64,000 bases of DNA. Source: Eledone cirrhosa. Taxonomy: Eukaryota. The stretch is taken from assembly GCA_964016885.1 (NCBI GenBank), contig OZ024741.1, forward strand, positions 126,790,001 to 126,854,000, in the 5' to 3' direction. Made by a program: the position numbers and the translations under genes. Numbering within the stretch: the first letter of the stretch is position 1; each line of letters opens with the position of its first letter. The notes beneath the pieces are model-generated. The model did no database searches. It had not been told where the DNA came from and saw only the letters and a program-made list of their open reading frames with translations. Shown piece after piece: positions 40,119 to 57,166 of this stretch.

Positions 40119-40862
40119 TTTAAAAAATTATTCCGGAGTAAACAGACTCGCCTGCGCACTTCGTTGAGTCCGCTACCCTGCACACTGTAATGTCGGTAAC
40201 TAACCAACACATACTCAAATTATATATATATATGTATGCATAATAGCGAAGCGAACCTCTAAATCATTCAGCCATGTTGCATCTGGGTCCACCATTAGCA
40301 ATTAAAAAAATATTGATTCGCTCTGGTGGCATTAATATGATCGAAACATGTCCGGAGTTGGCACCTGTAATAGCCGAAAGTATCTAAATAGTGCTACTCT
40401 GTTTCTAATATTATTTTCCCTTACTGGATATTTTTCTAGTTAATGTTTTAATACTCCTTGCCGAAAATATAAAACTAACTTTCATGCTGATAGCCTAAAG
40501 CAGAATTTTATTAGCTGCATATTAATACATAAATATATTATATGTATTCAACTATTATATATATATATACTTATTAATATTTTAATAACATGACATGAAA
40601 AACAAGTAAATCATTGTTTCCCTTCGATGTCCCAATAGAATTTCCTATGAAAATTTCTGTTTATAAATGAAATATATTTGCATTTTAAATACAATTCTCC
40701 GGATATATACAGTTTTGTATTTTTTCCATATCTAGATTTTTATCAAACAATAATAATAATACGAATTGGCAGCAATCAAAATTTGAAAATATTAGTATAA
40801 ACACAAAACACATGTATGTGTGTGTGTGTGGAAATTAGATTATATATACGTGTATATATATA

Positions 40863-40899
<37 letters not shown>

Positions 40900-41006
40900 C
40901 CCGCCGAGGTTGACTTTGCCTTTCATCCTTACGGGGTCGATAAAATAAAGTACCAGTAATACACTGGGTAAATTTGCTGGCCTTGTGCCAAAAGTAGAAA
41001 CAATTA
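40900..41006 (+). mobile_element. 5'-truncated SINE family A
   Basis: cccgccgaggttgactttgcctttcatcc...aagtagaaacaatta. Confidence 0.85.
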
Positions 41007-41624
41007 TCATGTCACTGCTTTACACACGATTCAGCGCCAGCAAGCAAACACACCTACTTTTCCAGTTACTACCCCAGCATGGTCAACTTTGCCTTATCTT
41101 TTATCGGCGTCCATAAGCAATGTACCAATCCATAGGTAGCTTTTGGATTAGTGGAATTGTTAAAAAGTCGGACAGGAATATTTGCTGTTTTTGATCCAAT
41201 TCTGTGTTTTCTTATTATCTGCGTTCAAATTCTACCTTCTGAGTTGCAACAGGCCGATAGTATCAGCAATGAAACCGTAATTTCTGTGGTATGATTTGAC
41301 GATCGGCTCTTTTTCTTATCTTTCCTTTCAAATAGCGCTTTTTTCTACAAGGAGTTGTAACTTACGGATTGTATCAGCAATAGACAGAAAAACATAATGA
41401 TCGAACAAAGTTCACCTCTGTTATTTCGAACTTTTGATAAGCCCTGTCGCGAAGTATGGTGTTGTTTTCTCAAAGAACTGTTGGCATGTGTTCAAGTTCT
41501 AGCTGTCTGATAAGGGAAAAGCTGTTGCTTAAGGGTTATCACCGAAATATACCTAACGACGAATATGAATAACATTTCTTTCTTTTTTTGTTAAGTTTCG
41601 CAACAGCTGTTCCAGGACAGAGCA

Positions 41625-42716
41625 TTCTGAGTTCGAATCCGGCTTTCATCCTTCCGATATTGATAAAATAAAGTATCAGTCATGGACTGAGGTCGATATA
41701 ATCGACTTTCCTTTCTCCCAAATTGCAGGCTTTGCGACTTAATTAGAAACCGTTATTATTATCACCTCTATCAAGATTGAAGGGTTGGCAGAATTATTAG
41801 TGCATCGAACAAAATGCTTAACGGCGTTTAGTTGTGACGATTTACGTTCTGAGTAAGTTGCTGGCCTTGAGCCTAAATCAGAAACTGTTATTATTTCTAA
41901 TCTGTGAGGGCGGTGGATTGGCAGTATCAGTAGAGGGTCTGGCGCCATGCTTTGCAGCATAGAGTTACGTCCCTTTACGATATGTGTGTCCAACTAAATT
42001 ACTCTTTTGTAGGAAAGCATATTTATTATTATTATGTTTTTATTATTAAACGAGATTGGTAGATTGGCAGTATCCATAGAGTGTCGGACAACAGGCTTTG
42101 TTGCATAGAGTTACGGTTCTTTACGCTCTGAGTTCAAATACCGCCGAGGTTAACTTTGCCTTTCATCCTTGTGGGGTCGATAAAATAAAGTACCAGTTAC
42201 GTCCTGGGGTCGATTTAATCAACTTCCCCTACTCCCCAAATTACTTGCCTTGTACCTATACTAGAAATCATTATTTCTAATCTGTATAGCGGTGGATTGG
42301 CAGTATCGGTAGAGCGTCGGACGCCATGCTTTGCAGCACAGTTACGTCCCTTTATGGTCTGAGTTCAAATCCCGCCGAGGTTAACTTTGCCTTTCATCCT
42401 TACGTGGTCGATAAAATAAAGTACCAGTAATACACTGGGATAATTGCTGACCTTGTGCCAAAAGTAGAAACAATTATTTCTGATCTGTTCAGAACGGTGG
42501 ATTGGCAGTATCGGTAGAGCGTCGGACAAAATGTTTAGCGGCAAAGTGTTACGGTTCTTTACGTTCTGTGTTTAAATCCCGCCATGGTCAACTTTGCCTT
42601 TCATCTTTACAGGGTCGATAAAATAAAGTACGTAAAGCACTGGAGTCGATATAATCGACTTTCTCCGCTTCCCTTCAAATTGCTGACCTTGAGCCTAAAT
42701 AAGATACAGTTATTGT
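41625..42716 (+). mobile_element. Head-to-tail cluster of about 6 full or partial SINE family A copies
   Basis: Repeated heads (ggtggattggcagtatc) and tails (agaaac..ttatt) in the same orientation. Confidence 0.85.
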
Positions 42717-42919
42717 TATTTATACTACCATTACTACTACCACCAACTAATGTATAAATTATGAGTAGATGTTAAACGGTAGAATTTTACTTTGAATTTT
42801 TGAATTTGTTTAGTTGGCGTCAGCTGGCCTTTAGCAGCAGAAGAATGCAAACAATATCTCCAACTATATATCATATAGTTGGCACTTTCATTTCTTTTTA
42901 ATTTAATCATCCTCCCCTC

Positions 42920-42979
<60 letters not shown>

Positions 42980-43030
42980 TCCTTCTTTCTTTCTTTCTTT
43001 CTCTCTCTCTCTATCGCTTTCTCTCTCTCA
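42920..43030. repeat. (TTTC)n / (TC)n microsatellite
   Basis: Directly visible. Confidence 0.95.
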
Positions 43031-43182
43031 TTATACATTTTTGTCTCTATATTACTACCGCCTCCCACTGTTATTTGATCTCTTTATATTCTACCCCCTC
43101 GCCCTTCTATACACACACACAAATAGACACACACACACACTCACAAACACACACACACACACACATACATACATATATATAG

Positions 43183-43234
<52 letters not shown>

Positions 43235-43279
43235 GTAGAACACTGGAAAGTAATATCCGTAGTGCGACGAGTTAGGTCG

Positions 43280-43406
43280 AAGTGGTAACACAACAGTTAG
43301 TTCACCATATCGAGAACAATTGTTTCACCTTAGCGGATCTTCAGCTGAAGATCGGCTAAGGTGAAACAATTGTTCTCGATATGGTGAACTAACTGTTGTG
43401 TTACCA

Positions 43407-43409
<3 letters not shown>
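43280..43409. mobile_element. Near-perfect 130-bp palindrome folded exactly at a hammerhead core
   Basis: Centre cag|ctg. Each arm reads CTGAAGA...GAAAcaattgTTCtcg. An unfolded relative lies at 63857-63990. Confidence 0.85.
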
Positions 43410-43478
<69 letters not shown>

Positions 43479-43675
43479 GTCATCAAGTATGTAGAAATTT
43501 GTAGAAATTTGTTATTTTTTTACAATTTTCATACTTGACGACCCAATATATATATAACCAAAGATTAGTATGGTTCGTTGTTTACTCAATAAATACAGTT
43601 TTACAATAGATTAGAAGCACTCAACAGATCAAAGTTTTCCTAGAGTTTTAAATATTATTCAAAATATTAACAAAT

Positions 43676-44085
43676 GAAAAATATTCTCATAATCAAAATA
43701 TATACTTTATTATATTTAATACATTAACAGAGAAAGCTATAAGCAATACTCCGACCGGCTTCCGTCTCACTCAACAAACATTAGGATATACCTTAGTATA
43801 ATCCCAATTATACGTTTGGGGTGGTAACTATATGTATTTTGCGGATAGCCAGTTGTATTATTTCATATGAGACATAATTAAATACATCTCTCTTTATTAT
43901 ATATATTTCAAAGGTACCGTGTTGTTTTTTCAGTACGTCCTCAAAGGTGATGTGTTGTTTTTTCAGTACGTACCTCCTATGTTGTCTGATGAGGACGTAC
44001 TGAAAAAACAACATAGTACCTTTGAAATATATATAATAAAGTATATATTTTGATTATGAGAATATTTTTCATCTGTTAATATTTT
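43676..44085. mobile_element. Composite foldback element with hammerhead (about 43983-44038)
   Basis: tgt CTGATGA ggacgtac...gtaccttt GAAA tatata TA. Inverted segments at 43886-43943 and 43668-43715. The 43722-43890 family also occurs at 20260-20415 and 60484-60680. Confidence 0.65.
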
Positions 44086-44086
44086 T

Positions 44087-44164
<78 letters not shown>

Positions 44165-44280
44165 TATATATGTGTGTGCGTGTATATATATATATATATA
44201 TGCAGACGTGTGTGATTATTACACACAGGAACCGCTGTTTAATTTTTTTCGTCTCTAGTGATGTTTTACACATTTTGTTT

Positions 44281-44467
44281 ATAATTGTTTCTACTTTAGG
44301 CACAAGGCCAGCAATTACCCAGTACATTACTGGTACTTTATTTTATCGACCCCGTAAGGATGAAAGGCAAAGTTAACCTCGGCGGGATTTGAACTCAGAA
44401 TGTAAAGGGACGTAACTATGCTAGAAAGCATGGCGTCCAACCCTCTACCGATACTGCCAATTCACCG
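44281..44467 (-). mobile_element. Full-length SINE family A with TSD ttttgtttataat
   Basis: Near-identical to 23241-23426, with a flanking direct repeat. Confidence 0.9.
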
Positions 44468-45029
44468 CCTTTTGTTTATAATGATTGACTATTATTGTGA
44501 TAATTTGCATTGAAACAATTGGTTGAGCTGGTGGGGCGTTGAGATAGCTGCCTTGCGCTAATGCGCTCTTTGCAATCCGGGCCTCTGAGCACCTTCACCG
44601 CCTACAGTAGGAAGCTGAATTAAACAGCTTTGGAAATGTAAACAGACAATGTATACAAAGTTCGAAAAAGGACTTATACACCCTATTATTACACACTTTT
44701 CTTTATTCAAACATACGGTGAAAGCTACTATTTCAATCCAATATATATATATATATATATATGTAATGAAGGAGTGAAGAATCACGCGGATAAGCTATAC
44801 AGTAGGGTTTATTCCAGGTATTAACAGATGTTTCATTGGCTCGATGTGTCCAAAAATCGCTATCAGTAGTGCTGTTTGTCATTCGATTTTAAATAGTTAT
44901 CACCAGCCAAATTATTTCGAAACAGCTGGAGTCAGCCGTCGGGGTCCTGGCTCTTTTCCTATACACACACACACACACAGACACACACGTATATATATAA
45001 TTGATATATATATATATATAGTGTGTGTA

Positions 45030-46188
45030 AAAGGTAAACAGAAATAACAACACAATCGGTATATGAAAGGGATATATTAGGGTAACGCATGATATAGCAT
45101 AAGAGGATCTTAACGTTTCGGACGCTAGTCCTTCATCAGAAGAAAGAATGAGAAATAAGATAGATTGAGGGGACGAGCGGGATGTAATTGTCTTTAGATA
45201 AAAATAACAGGTCCATTCATGTTGACATCTCTTGCAAAACTGTTGGTGCTGCGTTTTGTGTATGATTTATTTTTTAGAAAAGTGGATGATGGGGCGCGTC
45301 TACCTGAAATGGAAAAGAAATCGTTTTGTAAAAAGAGCTATACTTGAGCACGTGTGTAAGCATGTGTTTGTGTGTGTGTGTATGTATGTATGTATGTATG
45401 TGTGTGTGTGTGTGTATGTGTGCGTGCGTGTGTGTTATACGTCCATACGAAGCTAAGAAGAAATATGTGTGTATATGTGAGTAAAAGAGTGTGTGCGTGT
45501 AAGTACGAAGCTACAAGCAAAAGTATGTTAATATAAGGGTCTGTATGTGTGTATATAGGGTGCAGTGAAGGGAAAAGTCTAGTGAGCATATATAGTCGGC
45601 ATGTATTAGTTGTAAGAGAAGCTGTTAATGATCAACAAGAGAAAGCGATAGGAATCTAGGAGTGTGATAATGGACAGGGTATTAGAGAAAATGGGGAGGT
45701 GAGTTGAGTCCAAGAGAGGATTAGGACCCAAGGCGGTGAATCAGACTTTGTTCAGTCCTGGTGCTTGAGGCCTGTGATCCATGATGTAAAAGGACACCCA
45801 GTACTGAAACATGTAGGGAAGAATGACCAGGAGAACAGAAATGACGGGCGACATGAGTATCCAAACCGAGTCGTATGTCCCTCAAATGTCCGATATATAA
45901 AGACCCGCAAAGGGAACACTGAAGGGCATAGACAACGTGGGTGGATGTGCAGGAGAAGAAATGGCGGATACGGAAAGACCCGTTAAGGCCTGTAAGAGTG
46001 GTGAGGGTGGAAATAAAGGAACAAGTGTTGCAGCGAGAACGGGAACAAGGATGAGAGCCGGGTGGAGTCATGGGAGAGGACGAAAAGGAACTGCGAACCA
46101 GGAGGTCGCGGAGGTTGCGAGCGCGCTTAAAAGCAGTAATGGTGATCCGGTGAGAGCGCAGATGTAGTTCCTGAGTAACAAGACTCAC
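45030..46188 (-). mobile_element. Penelope-like element 3' part (GIY-YIG remnant 45721-46188, 3' HHR)
   Basis: AFKRARNLRDLLVRS...CSRSRCNTC...VVYALQCSLCGSLYIG...VARHF...EQSLIHRLG. Confidence 0.85.
45108..45143 (-). ncRNA. Minimal hammerhead ribozyme
   Basis: tctt CTGATGA a ggac-tagc-gtcc GAAA cg TTA aga, with palindromic AACGTT. Confidence 0.8.
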
Positions 46189-46315
46189 TACTTAACCAAA
46201 CTTTACTTCGGTACTGAGTATTCGTCCGTCGATCACATACGTATATATAATATATATATATATATATATAGTGACGAAACATAAGTCAATTGCATGAACT
46301 CATAATCCTTTATTT

Positions 46316-46371
46316 ACTGCTATATATATTTCGATGATAGCCATTGAATGGCTATGACCTCATCAGGCAGT
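46316..46371 (-). ncRNA. Minimal hammerhead ribozyme
   Basis: actgc CTGATGA ggtc-atagccat-tca-atggctat-catc GAAA tatata TA gcagt. Same family as 23437-23780. Confidence 0.8.
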
Positions 46372-46430
46372 TAGTCAGTTCTTAGATATGCCAGCTCTGT
46401 GTACAGTGTTGATGGTATCAGAGACTTGGG

Positions 46431-48208
<1,778 letters not shown>

Positions 48209-48214
48209 ATACAG

Positions 48215-49806
<1,592 letters not shown>

Positions 49807-49917
49807 AAAAACCACTGGTAAATGGAATAATTGCCTTATGTTGTTAATTACATAACTATTAAGCTCTGTTACCTACATAGAGCACTCTTTTTTCCTGGAC
49901 TTTTCCGACGGAATTAC

Positions 49918-49983
<66 letters not shown>

Positions 49984-50677
49984 GAATAAAACCTTGGGCT
50001 TCAATAGTTGATTGTTGTTTCTCATTAAATCGGGGTCAGCTTTTATATTATAAACTGATTTAAACACTTTGGGAGTTGCAGTTGTATCAGAATTAACTTT
50101 ATCCGATGAAGATGTTATGACGCTGGTATTTTAATTGCTGTTTTTAAAATTTACCAATTTTGATACGTGAAATGTGAATACGTCACGTAAATTGGTTGAA
50201 AACTATACGAAGAGTCATAGGTACTCATCGTGTCTTTATACAACGGCATTGTTTCCATATCAAAGAAATCTCAATTGTATACTTTCTTCAGATTTAGCGA
50301 AATATAATGGAGAAATACCAAAAGGATTATTGTATAACTGACAGTTCCTTTTGAAGGTTACGACGTAAAATAGAAATATTACTGAAGAGCTGAACCTAAA
50401 TACAATGTTGAATTCAATAAAAGAATTCTCAATTGGAGTTGTCTTTAATTTCCTTTTGGCTAGTCACAAATAATAAACATATTGTTATAGTCATTTAACT
50501 TTAGGTATATAAACCAGAATAAAGACAGAACTTAACAACAGACTAGCTTTATTAAATAGAAATTAAAATACCCTAAATGTAAACGAATATATTTTTTTAT
50601 TAAGCCGTAAACCTCGCATTTATTACTTTTCGTCACTGGCTAACCAAATATTGCAGTGTTATTTTAATTTTGCTATA

Positions 50678-50985
50678 GACCTCCGTCGATTTCGACGATG
50701 AGTGTTCTAGCTATTTGATCAATGGAACAGCCTGCTCAAGAAATTAATGTATAAGTGACTGATCATTCCCCAGAAATATATCCCCACAACGTAATTCTCA
50801 GGGAGATTCAGCGTGACACAGTCTATGACCAGATTGGCCTTTTGAATGACAGGTACAGTCCATCCAACGGGCTTTCGGATTGTTTCCGTCTATCAAATTA
50901 CATTTAAAAGTGTCGAGCAGTGAAATCGAACCCGGAACTTAATGATTGTGAAACTAACTTCTTAACTATTTCGCTATGCTAGGTC
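50678..50985 (-). mobile_element. SINE family B-like copy
   Basis: Minus strand has a tRNA-like head (gttaagaagttag...gggttcgattt), with a body shared with 3425-3560. Confidence 0.6.
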
Positions 50986-51171
50986 TACAGGAGAAAGGGG
51001 GGAATTATTAACAACGAATATAAGATATCCATTTATGAAATATTAAATATACTAGCAGAAAAAACCGCCCATCGTGCGGTTTTCTGCTAGCATATGTAGT
51101 GTGCATATTGGTATTATACACAAATATATATGCATATAGATATATGTAAATTGCAAAGTAAATTGACAATA

Positions 51172-51830
51172 TCTTCTTCTTCATCCACTTATTTCTGAGA
51201 GGGTAGTGGTGACAGAGTCCTTCTCAAACACTCTTTCCAACGAGTATGTCAGTAGCAAACATCTCTAACTCATCCAGCTGGATCCCAAAGTGTGACCACC
51301 AAGCTTATGGATTTTATCCAACTATCTTGCTCAGAGTATACCCCTGGGTCTCTTGCCGATTGGTTTTGCCTGTAAAATGTGTCCAGCGATCCTTTACTGA
51401 GACATTCTAATCACATGCTCATAATATCGGAGTTGTGATCTCTCAATTCAGAGAAGTAGCGGCTCTACCAGGAGTGACTCTCTGGTCTCTAAGTTATGCA
51501 CTTTATCGAGTAACGTTACTCCAAAGACCCTTCGGAGGAATCCCATTTCTGCCGCTTTTATTTGCAATTGTATTCTTTTGGTCATTACTCAAGATTCATG
51601 ATCCTCGGTAAGAGTTGGCAGGAATACCATGAAGACAGCGAGTTTGGCCTTTACACTTACCTCCCTTCATCTGATTTCTGATTGCTGAGGCTGGCGCATT
51701 ACTGCATCAGCTTTTGCAATTCTTGCACTTAATTCAGCCTCCTGCATTCCATCACTCATGAACACGGCTCCAAGATACTTGAACTTCTTAGTAGAACTCC
51801 ATTCACATGGATATAAATTTGAGGCACTTC
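51172..51830 (-). mobile_element. RTE-clade LINE 3' fragment
   Basis: KFKYLGAVFMSDG...ELSARIAKADAVMRQ. Homologous to 53500-54045. Confidence 0.8.
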
Positions 51831-51999
51831 TGTCCACCCGTCCATCACGCAATGTGTTTGTGTGAATGTATGTGTGTGTAAAAGTAAGGAAAGAAATACA
51901 CACATATATATGTTTAACTTAAAAACAGTGACACACACACACGTGTCTCTAATTTAAGAACGCCGACAAACTCATGCGTGCTCACATACACACACTGTC

Positions 52000-52700
52000 C
52001 TATTACCACTTAAGAGCTTTGGCCCGGGAAAACATCCCCTCAATTTTGGAACCGTTTGGGTTGCCCTGGATTGATGGGAAAAGACTTGACAGTTTTGCTC
52101 TGCGCTCCTGGTCAAGAGGTAGGTGCTTTCTCTGGGACGTCACAGTTAGTTACTCTTTTGCTTCTTCCCACATTGTGGATGCAGCGGTAAGGGCGAGCGC
52201 TACAGCATCCGCAGTTGAACAGAACAAAATCCTAAAATACCGTGTTCTGTCAGCTAACTACATAATCCAGCCTGTGGCGTTAGAGACGTTTGTGGGAATC
52301 GGGCTACTGACAGCGAGATTCTTATCTTCACTGGCGGCTCATCAAACATAGGTAACTGGTGATGCTGGTGAGTACACTTGGTTGTTTCAGCACCTCAGCG
52401 TCGCCATCACCCCATGTAACGCTGCGAGCGTGATGGCCTACCTCAAAAATTAATAGAGAGGTTTCCCAGTGTTCCTCGCTATATTGCAATATTTTGCTCT
52501 AGTAGCGGCTCTTTTTATCACTCTTTCGCCTGCATTTTGTTCTATGGGGTTTTAAGATGTGTGTATTACCTGCTTGTGTATTTTTTCTCTTTCTTTTTTT
52601 TCCTTTCCCTTTCCTTTGTATATATTAAATTTGTTAGTGTTTTCGTTCTGTAACCATTATACTAAATGAGTTTTAAAAAATCAAGTTAATAAATAAATAA
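52000..52700 (+). mobile_element. CRE-clade non-LTR retrotransposon 3' fragment (restriction-like endonuclease)
   Basis: EPFGL..DGKRLD...WSRGRCFLWDVTV...EQNKILKY...PVALETF...WLFQHLSVAI..CNA. The 3' end is aataaa-rich. Confidence 0.8.
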
Positions 52701-53309
52701 AACGTTATACTTGTTTTACCCTCCCATTTCCAATTCACTGAACGCTGCTATCATGACTGTATGTGTGTGTTTGTGTAAATGTATATGTGTGAATGTATGT
52801 CTGTGTGAAAGTATGTGTATTTGTGTGAATGTATGTCCGTGTATTTTTATAAGTTTGTGTTTGCGCGATTATAGTTATATATTCATAATAGTTATATATT
52901 CATACATATAGTTGTATGTATGTGCACACTCATACGCGTCAGCGTGTAGAAAATCATAATCTCTCTATCTCTCTCATTACACACTCTCTCTTTCTATGTA
53001 CATTGTAGTTGAAGTGGTGGTGGTGGCGACGATATACCGGAAGTGTAGAAATTTGAAATTTTGAAAAGAAGTCAATTTTAAATTATTTATGTTAACGGGA
53101 TTTAGTATGAAATTTAGTACATAAATTATGTAATATTCATTCATTATTTATTCAAAGTAATCCAACTTATTTTGCTAACTGGATTAAAAGAAATAAACCG
53201 TACGCAGTCCCGCAGTCCTTACTTTATTATAGTTTAGATAGAAACAAAGTCTGTTAAAGTTTCTCATGCGTTAAGCGACCGAGACGCTAATCCATCGGAA
53301 ACTGACACT

Positions 53310-54122
53310 CGACTGGTGGGTGTAAAATCAGTCGGCTGGAATTTGCGGACGGCATGGTGTTACTTAACTCAACAGAAGGTGATCTCCGACTTGCACTTGA
53401 TAGGTTTTATACCGAGTGCTGCATAGCCGGAATGAAAATCAGTGCTGCAAAAACTGAGACACTTGTCCTCTCAAAGAAGCTTGCACAGTCCACTCTACAC
53501 ATGAATGGAGTTGCACTGAAGCAGGTAGAGAAGTTCAAGTATCTCGAGGCCATGTTCACGACTGATGAAGGCAAAAGGTTGAATTAAGTACAAGAATTGC
53601 AGGAGCTGGTGCAGTAATGCGCCAGCTTCAGCATTCGGTAATCAGAATTAAGGTAGGTGTAAAAGCCAAACTCGCTATTTTCAATTCTGTATTCTTGCCA
53701 ACCCTTACCTATAATCATGAATCTTGGGAAATGACCGAAAGAATACGATATCGAAATAGGATTCTTCCGAAGGGTCTTTGGAATAACGTTACTCGATAGA
53801 GAACGTATCTCGGAGATCAGTCACTTCAGGTAGAGCCGCTACTTCTCCGAATTGAGATTAGAATGTCTCAGAAAAGAATCGCTGGACAGATTTTACGGGC
53901 AAAACCAACCGGCCGGACGCCCAGAGGTAGACCCAAAGTAAGATGGTTGGATAACATCCATAAGCTTGGCTGGTCTCGCTTGAATCGCTTGCTTCTGACA
54001 GGGCTCACTGGAAAGGGCGTTTGAGGACTCTTTACCCACGACCCTCTCAAGAAGAAGAAGAAGAAGAAGAAGAAGAAGAAGAAGAAGAAGAAGAAGAAGA
54101 AGAAGAAGAAGAAGAAGAAGAA
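53310..54122 (+). mobile_element. RTE-clade LINE 3' fragment with (GAA)n tail
   Basis: LEFADGMVLL...GMKISAAKTE...VEKFKYL...LPTLTYNHESW...RPRGRPKVRWLDNI. The (GAA)n tail spans about 54049-54122. Confidence 0.85.
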
Positions 54123-54469
54123 TCTGCTGCTGGTAGTAATTTATTTTCATCTGGATTCAACTGGGGGGTACGTGAAATCAGGTGTCTTTGTCTAGAATAC
54201 AATTCGCCGCCTAATGCTGGAATGTAACTCTACGAAACCGTGATACTTAACACTCTAAACACTAAGTTGCGCGCCTTCACAGATGATAGAATGGTAAAAG
54301 ACACTTAATTCCTGATAAAGTAGTAAAGTGCCATCTTGAAACAGCATGACTCGGACATTTTATTCCCGAAACCCCTCACTCTCCAGTTCGGAAGACTGTC
54401 AATTTCTTCCAGAGAAATGAAGTGAAAGAGAAAAGGATAAAGAGAAATGGAGGGTGGATCTACCACAGT

Positions 54470-54615
54470 GTAGTGCTGGTATTTGTTTGTATCGATCTCG
54501 AATGGATGAAAAGCAATGTTGACCTGAGAGGCAATTGAACTCAGAACTCAATCAGTCGGAATAAATACTGCATCATTTTAATCCGACGCATTAACTTCCA
54601 TGCTAATTCGCTGCT
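54470..54615 (-). mobile_element. Degenerate SINE family A
   Basis: ctggtatttgtttgtatcgatctcgaatggatgaaaagcaatgttgacc...gaactcagaac. Confidence 0.6.
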
Positions 54616-54671
54616 CTCATAGATAATGTAATGCGATCCTTTATTAATAACTTGTATCTTTCTGTTTTCAG

Positions 54672-54726
54672 TGCTCCAATCATATCACCAGGACCGCAAT
54701 GAATGAATAAATGAAAGCAAACTAAG
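54672..54726 (+). other. Candidate 55-nt non-coding exon
   Basis: Pyrimidine tract tctttctgttttcag, then the exon, then AAG|gtaagt. Stops in all three frames. Confidence 0.4.
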
Positions 54727-55132
54727 GTAAGTCATTTCACTTTCTTTTATATTTTATTGAACACTTGATATGAAAATAGCTGCTGGAAACCCTAATAATG
54801 CTTTTTTTTATTGGAAAATTCTAACTCCCAAAGGAAGATTCACGTTTAAATCCAGTTGATGCAACATTTAAAAAAACAATGATAAATTATGTATTCATTT
54901 AAAAGCAACAACATATTAAATGCTTTCAATTTCTATGTAAAAGATTTTGGAATTGAATTAATATAAAAAGACGATAACCGAATGTTATATATATTTATCA
55001 ATATATTTTTTCATTTTCATATTCAAGATGTCGTCGTCTTTATTATTTACTACATCATTTATTTTTAAAATAATATATTTTAAAATTATTTCAGGGATTT
55101 TTTAAAAAGAAATTGTTGGACGTCGGTCATGG

Positions 55133-55466
55133 TGAAGGCGTGTAGCTTAGTGGTTAATGTTTAGTTCCAAACCATAAGGTCGTGAGTCGAATGCACGGCT
55201 GCCAGTTGTATCCTTGACCAACATATTTTATTTCACGTTACTCCCACTTCAGTCAATTAGTAAAATTGAGTTGCACTTGTGAATTCAAATGGCAACCTTG
55301 CCCCACACAGTACTATGCTAAATCTCCCTGAAAATCTAAGTTATGGGTACAGGTGTTACACGTGTGTCTGTGGCATTCCCAGTCAGTTAGACGTTAATTT
55401 CCTGAACAGGCTGTTCCATTAGTCGCACAACTGGAACGCTTGATATCGCAACCGATAGAGGCCCAA
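55133..55466 (+). mobile_element. tRNA-derived SINE family B
   Basis: gaaggcgtgtagcttagtggttaa head and ccttgacc...tttcacgttactcc body. Confidence 0.7.
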
Positions 55467-55995
55467 CACATATTTAGCTGCATAAAAATTGATGTAGAAA
55501 TCATAGGAGCAGAGTTATTTGTAAAATATAAATGTAAAGCGTTCCTTGTAGAACGGCAGGAAGCTTAAGTATAAATAATTCCAAATAATCAAGAATCTTT
55601 TATTTACAAAACATTTGAATAGATATTTTACAATAAGGACTAAAACAGTAAACGCTAGCTATTGTTATAAGTGGTTAGAAGCAACGTATTTCACAATATT
55701 TCATAGTAATTTATTGATTCAAAATTTCATATTCTGTTGTATATATTTTCAAACAGAAAGAGAGAAATGCGAGACAAATAGCAATGGGCAAACTCTACAC
55801 CCTTTGTATTGCATTGTTGTATCTATTGAACGCATTTAATGCATAAAACTGTTAATGTAAAAATGATTTTCTCTGTGTTTGTAAATATATACAAAGACGG
55901 AGATACACACACACACACACATACACACATACATATATATGTGTGTGTGTAATTATGCATATTTACATATATTAGACGATATGTAAAAATGATAT

Positions 55996-56100
<105 letters not shown>

Positions 56101-56362
56101 GCACAGAGGGAAGGATACACGCACACACATATATACACACATATATATGGTTGCGTGTTTATATATATTAAACAATAAGTATGTAAAAAGTATTAAACAA
56201 TAAGTATGTATGAATTGCTTGAGAATAACTTTTCGCTTGTTAATATCTGTTTTACCTGAGGCGCTCGCGTTATATTTTTACCAATACATAAATTATTGAG
56301 CATGTTTCGCGATGTTATTATGTGTGTATAAAACTATGTATGTATTTACAAATAGATGCATG

Positions 56363-56496
<134 letters not shown>

Positions 56497-56960
56497 TATG
56501 TGTGTGTCGGCGTGTGTGTGTGTGTGTGTGTGGGTGTGTGAGTATGTGTGTGTCGGCGTGTGTGTGTTTGCCGATTTCTTCCATAGAAGGGGAAAGAGTG
56601 ATAAAGAGAAGTGAACAAAGAAGTACAGAGGAAGAAATAAATTCAGTATTGTACTGTTATTTTATTATATAAAGATGAAAGTTGACCGCATCGAAATTTT
56701 GAGTGCAGAGTACTGTGAGCCAGAATTAATACAGCAAAGCATTCTATCCAACGTCCTATAGACTCTGCCAAATAAATCACCGTATGCATGTGGGTATATA
56801 TAGATATATATAGAAAAGGGTCAAGACCCCGACGGCTGTCGAAACGATGGAGCTCAGCCGTCAGCGTCCTGGCTCTTTTCCTATTACCCACTCTACTACC
56901 CTAAGTATCAAGTACTCTGGTGCGTTAAGGTCCAGCCTGTATCTTACCACACTTTCCTTG

Positions 56961-56991
<31 letters not shown>

Positions 56992-57118
56992 GTGTGTGTG
57001 ATGTAAACGTCACGTACCAGCAAAATAACATTGTCATAATATCTTCATATTTGTTAGTTTTGTAAGTAAATCGACAAATGTTCATGATTGGGGTGGTGTA
57101 TGACATTTGCGCCATCCT

Positions 57119-57164
<46 letters not shown>

Positions 57165-57166
<2 letters not shown>

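Noticed and set aside
54021-54227. Poly-Glu protein
   Set aside because: It is the (GAA)n tail of an RTE LINE.
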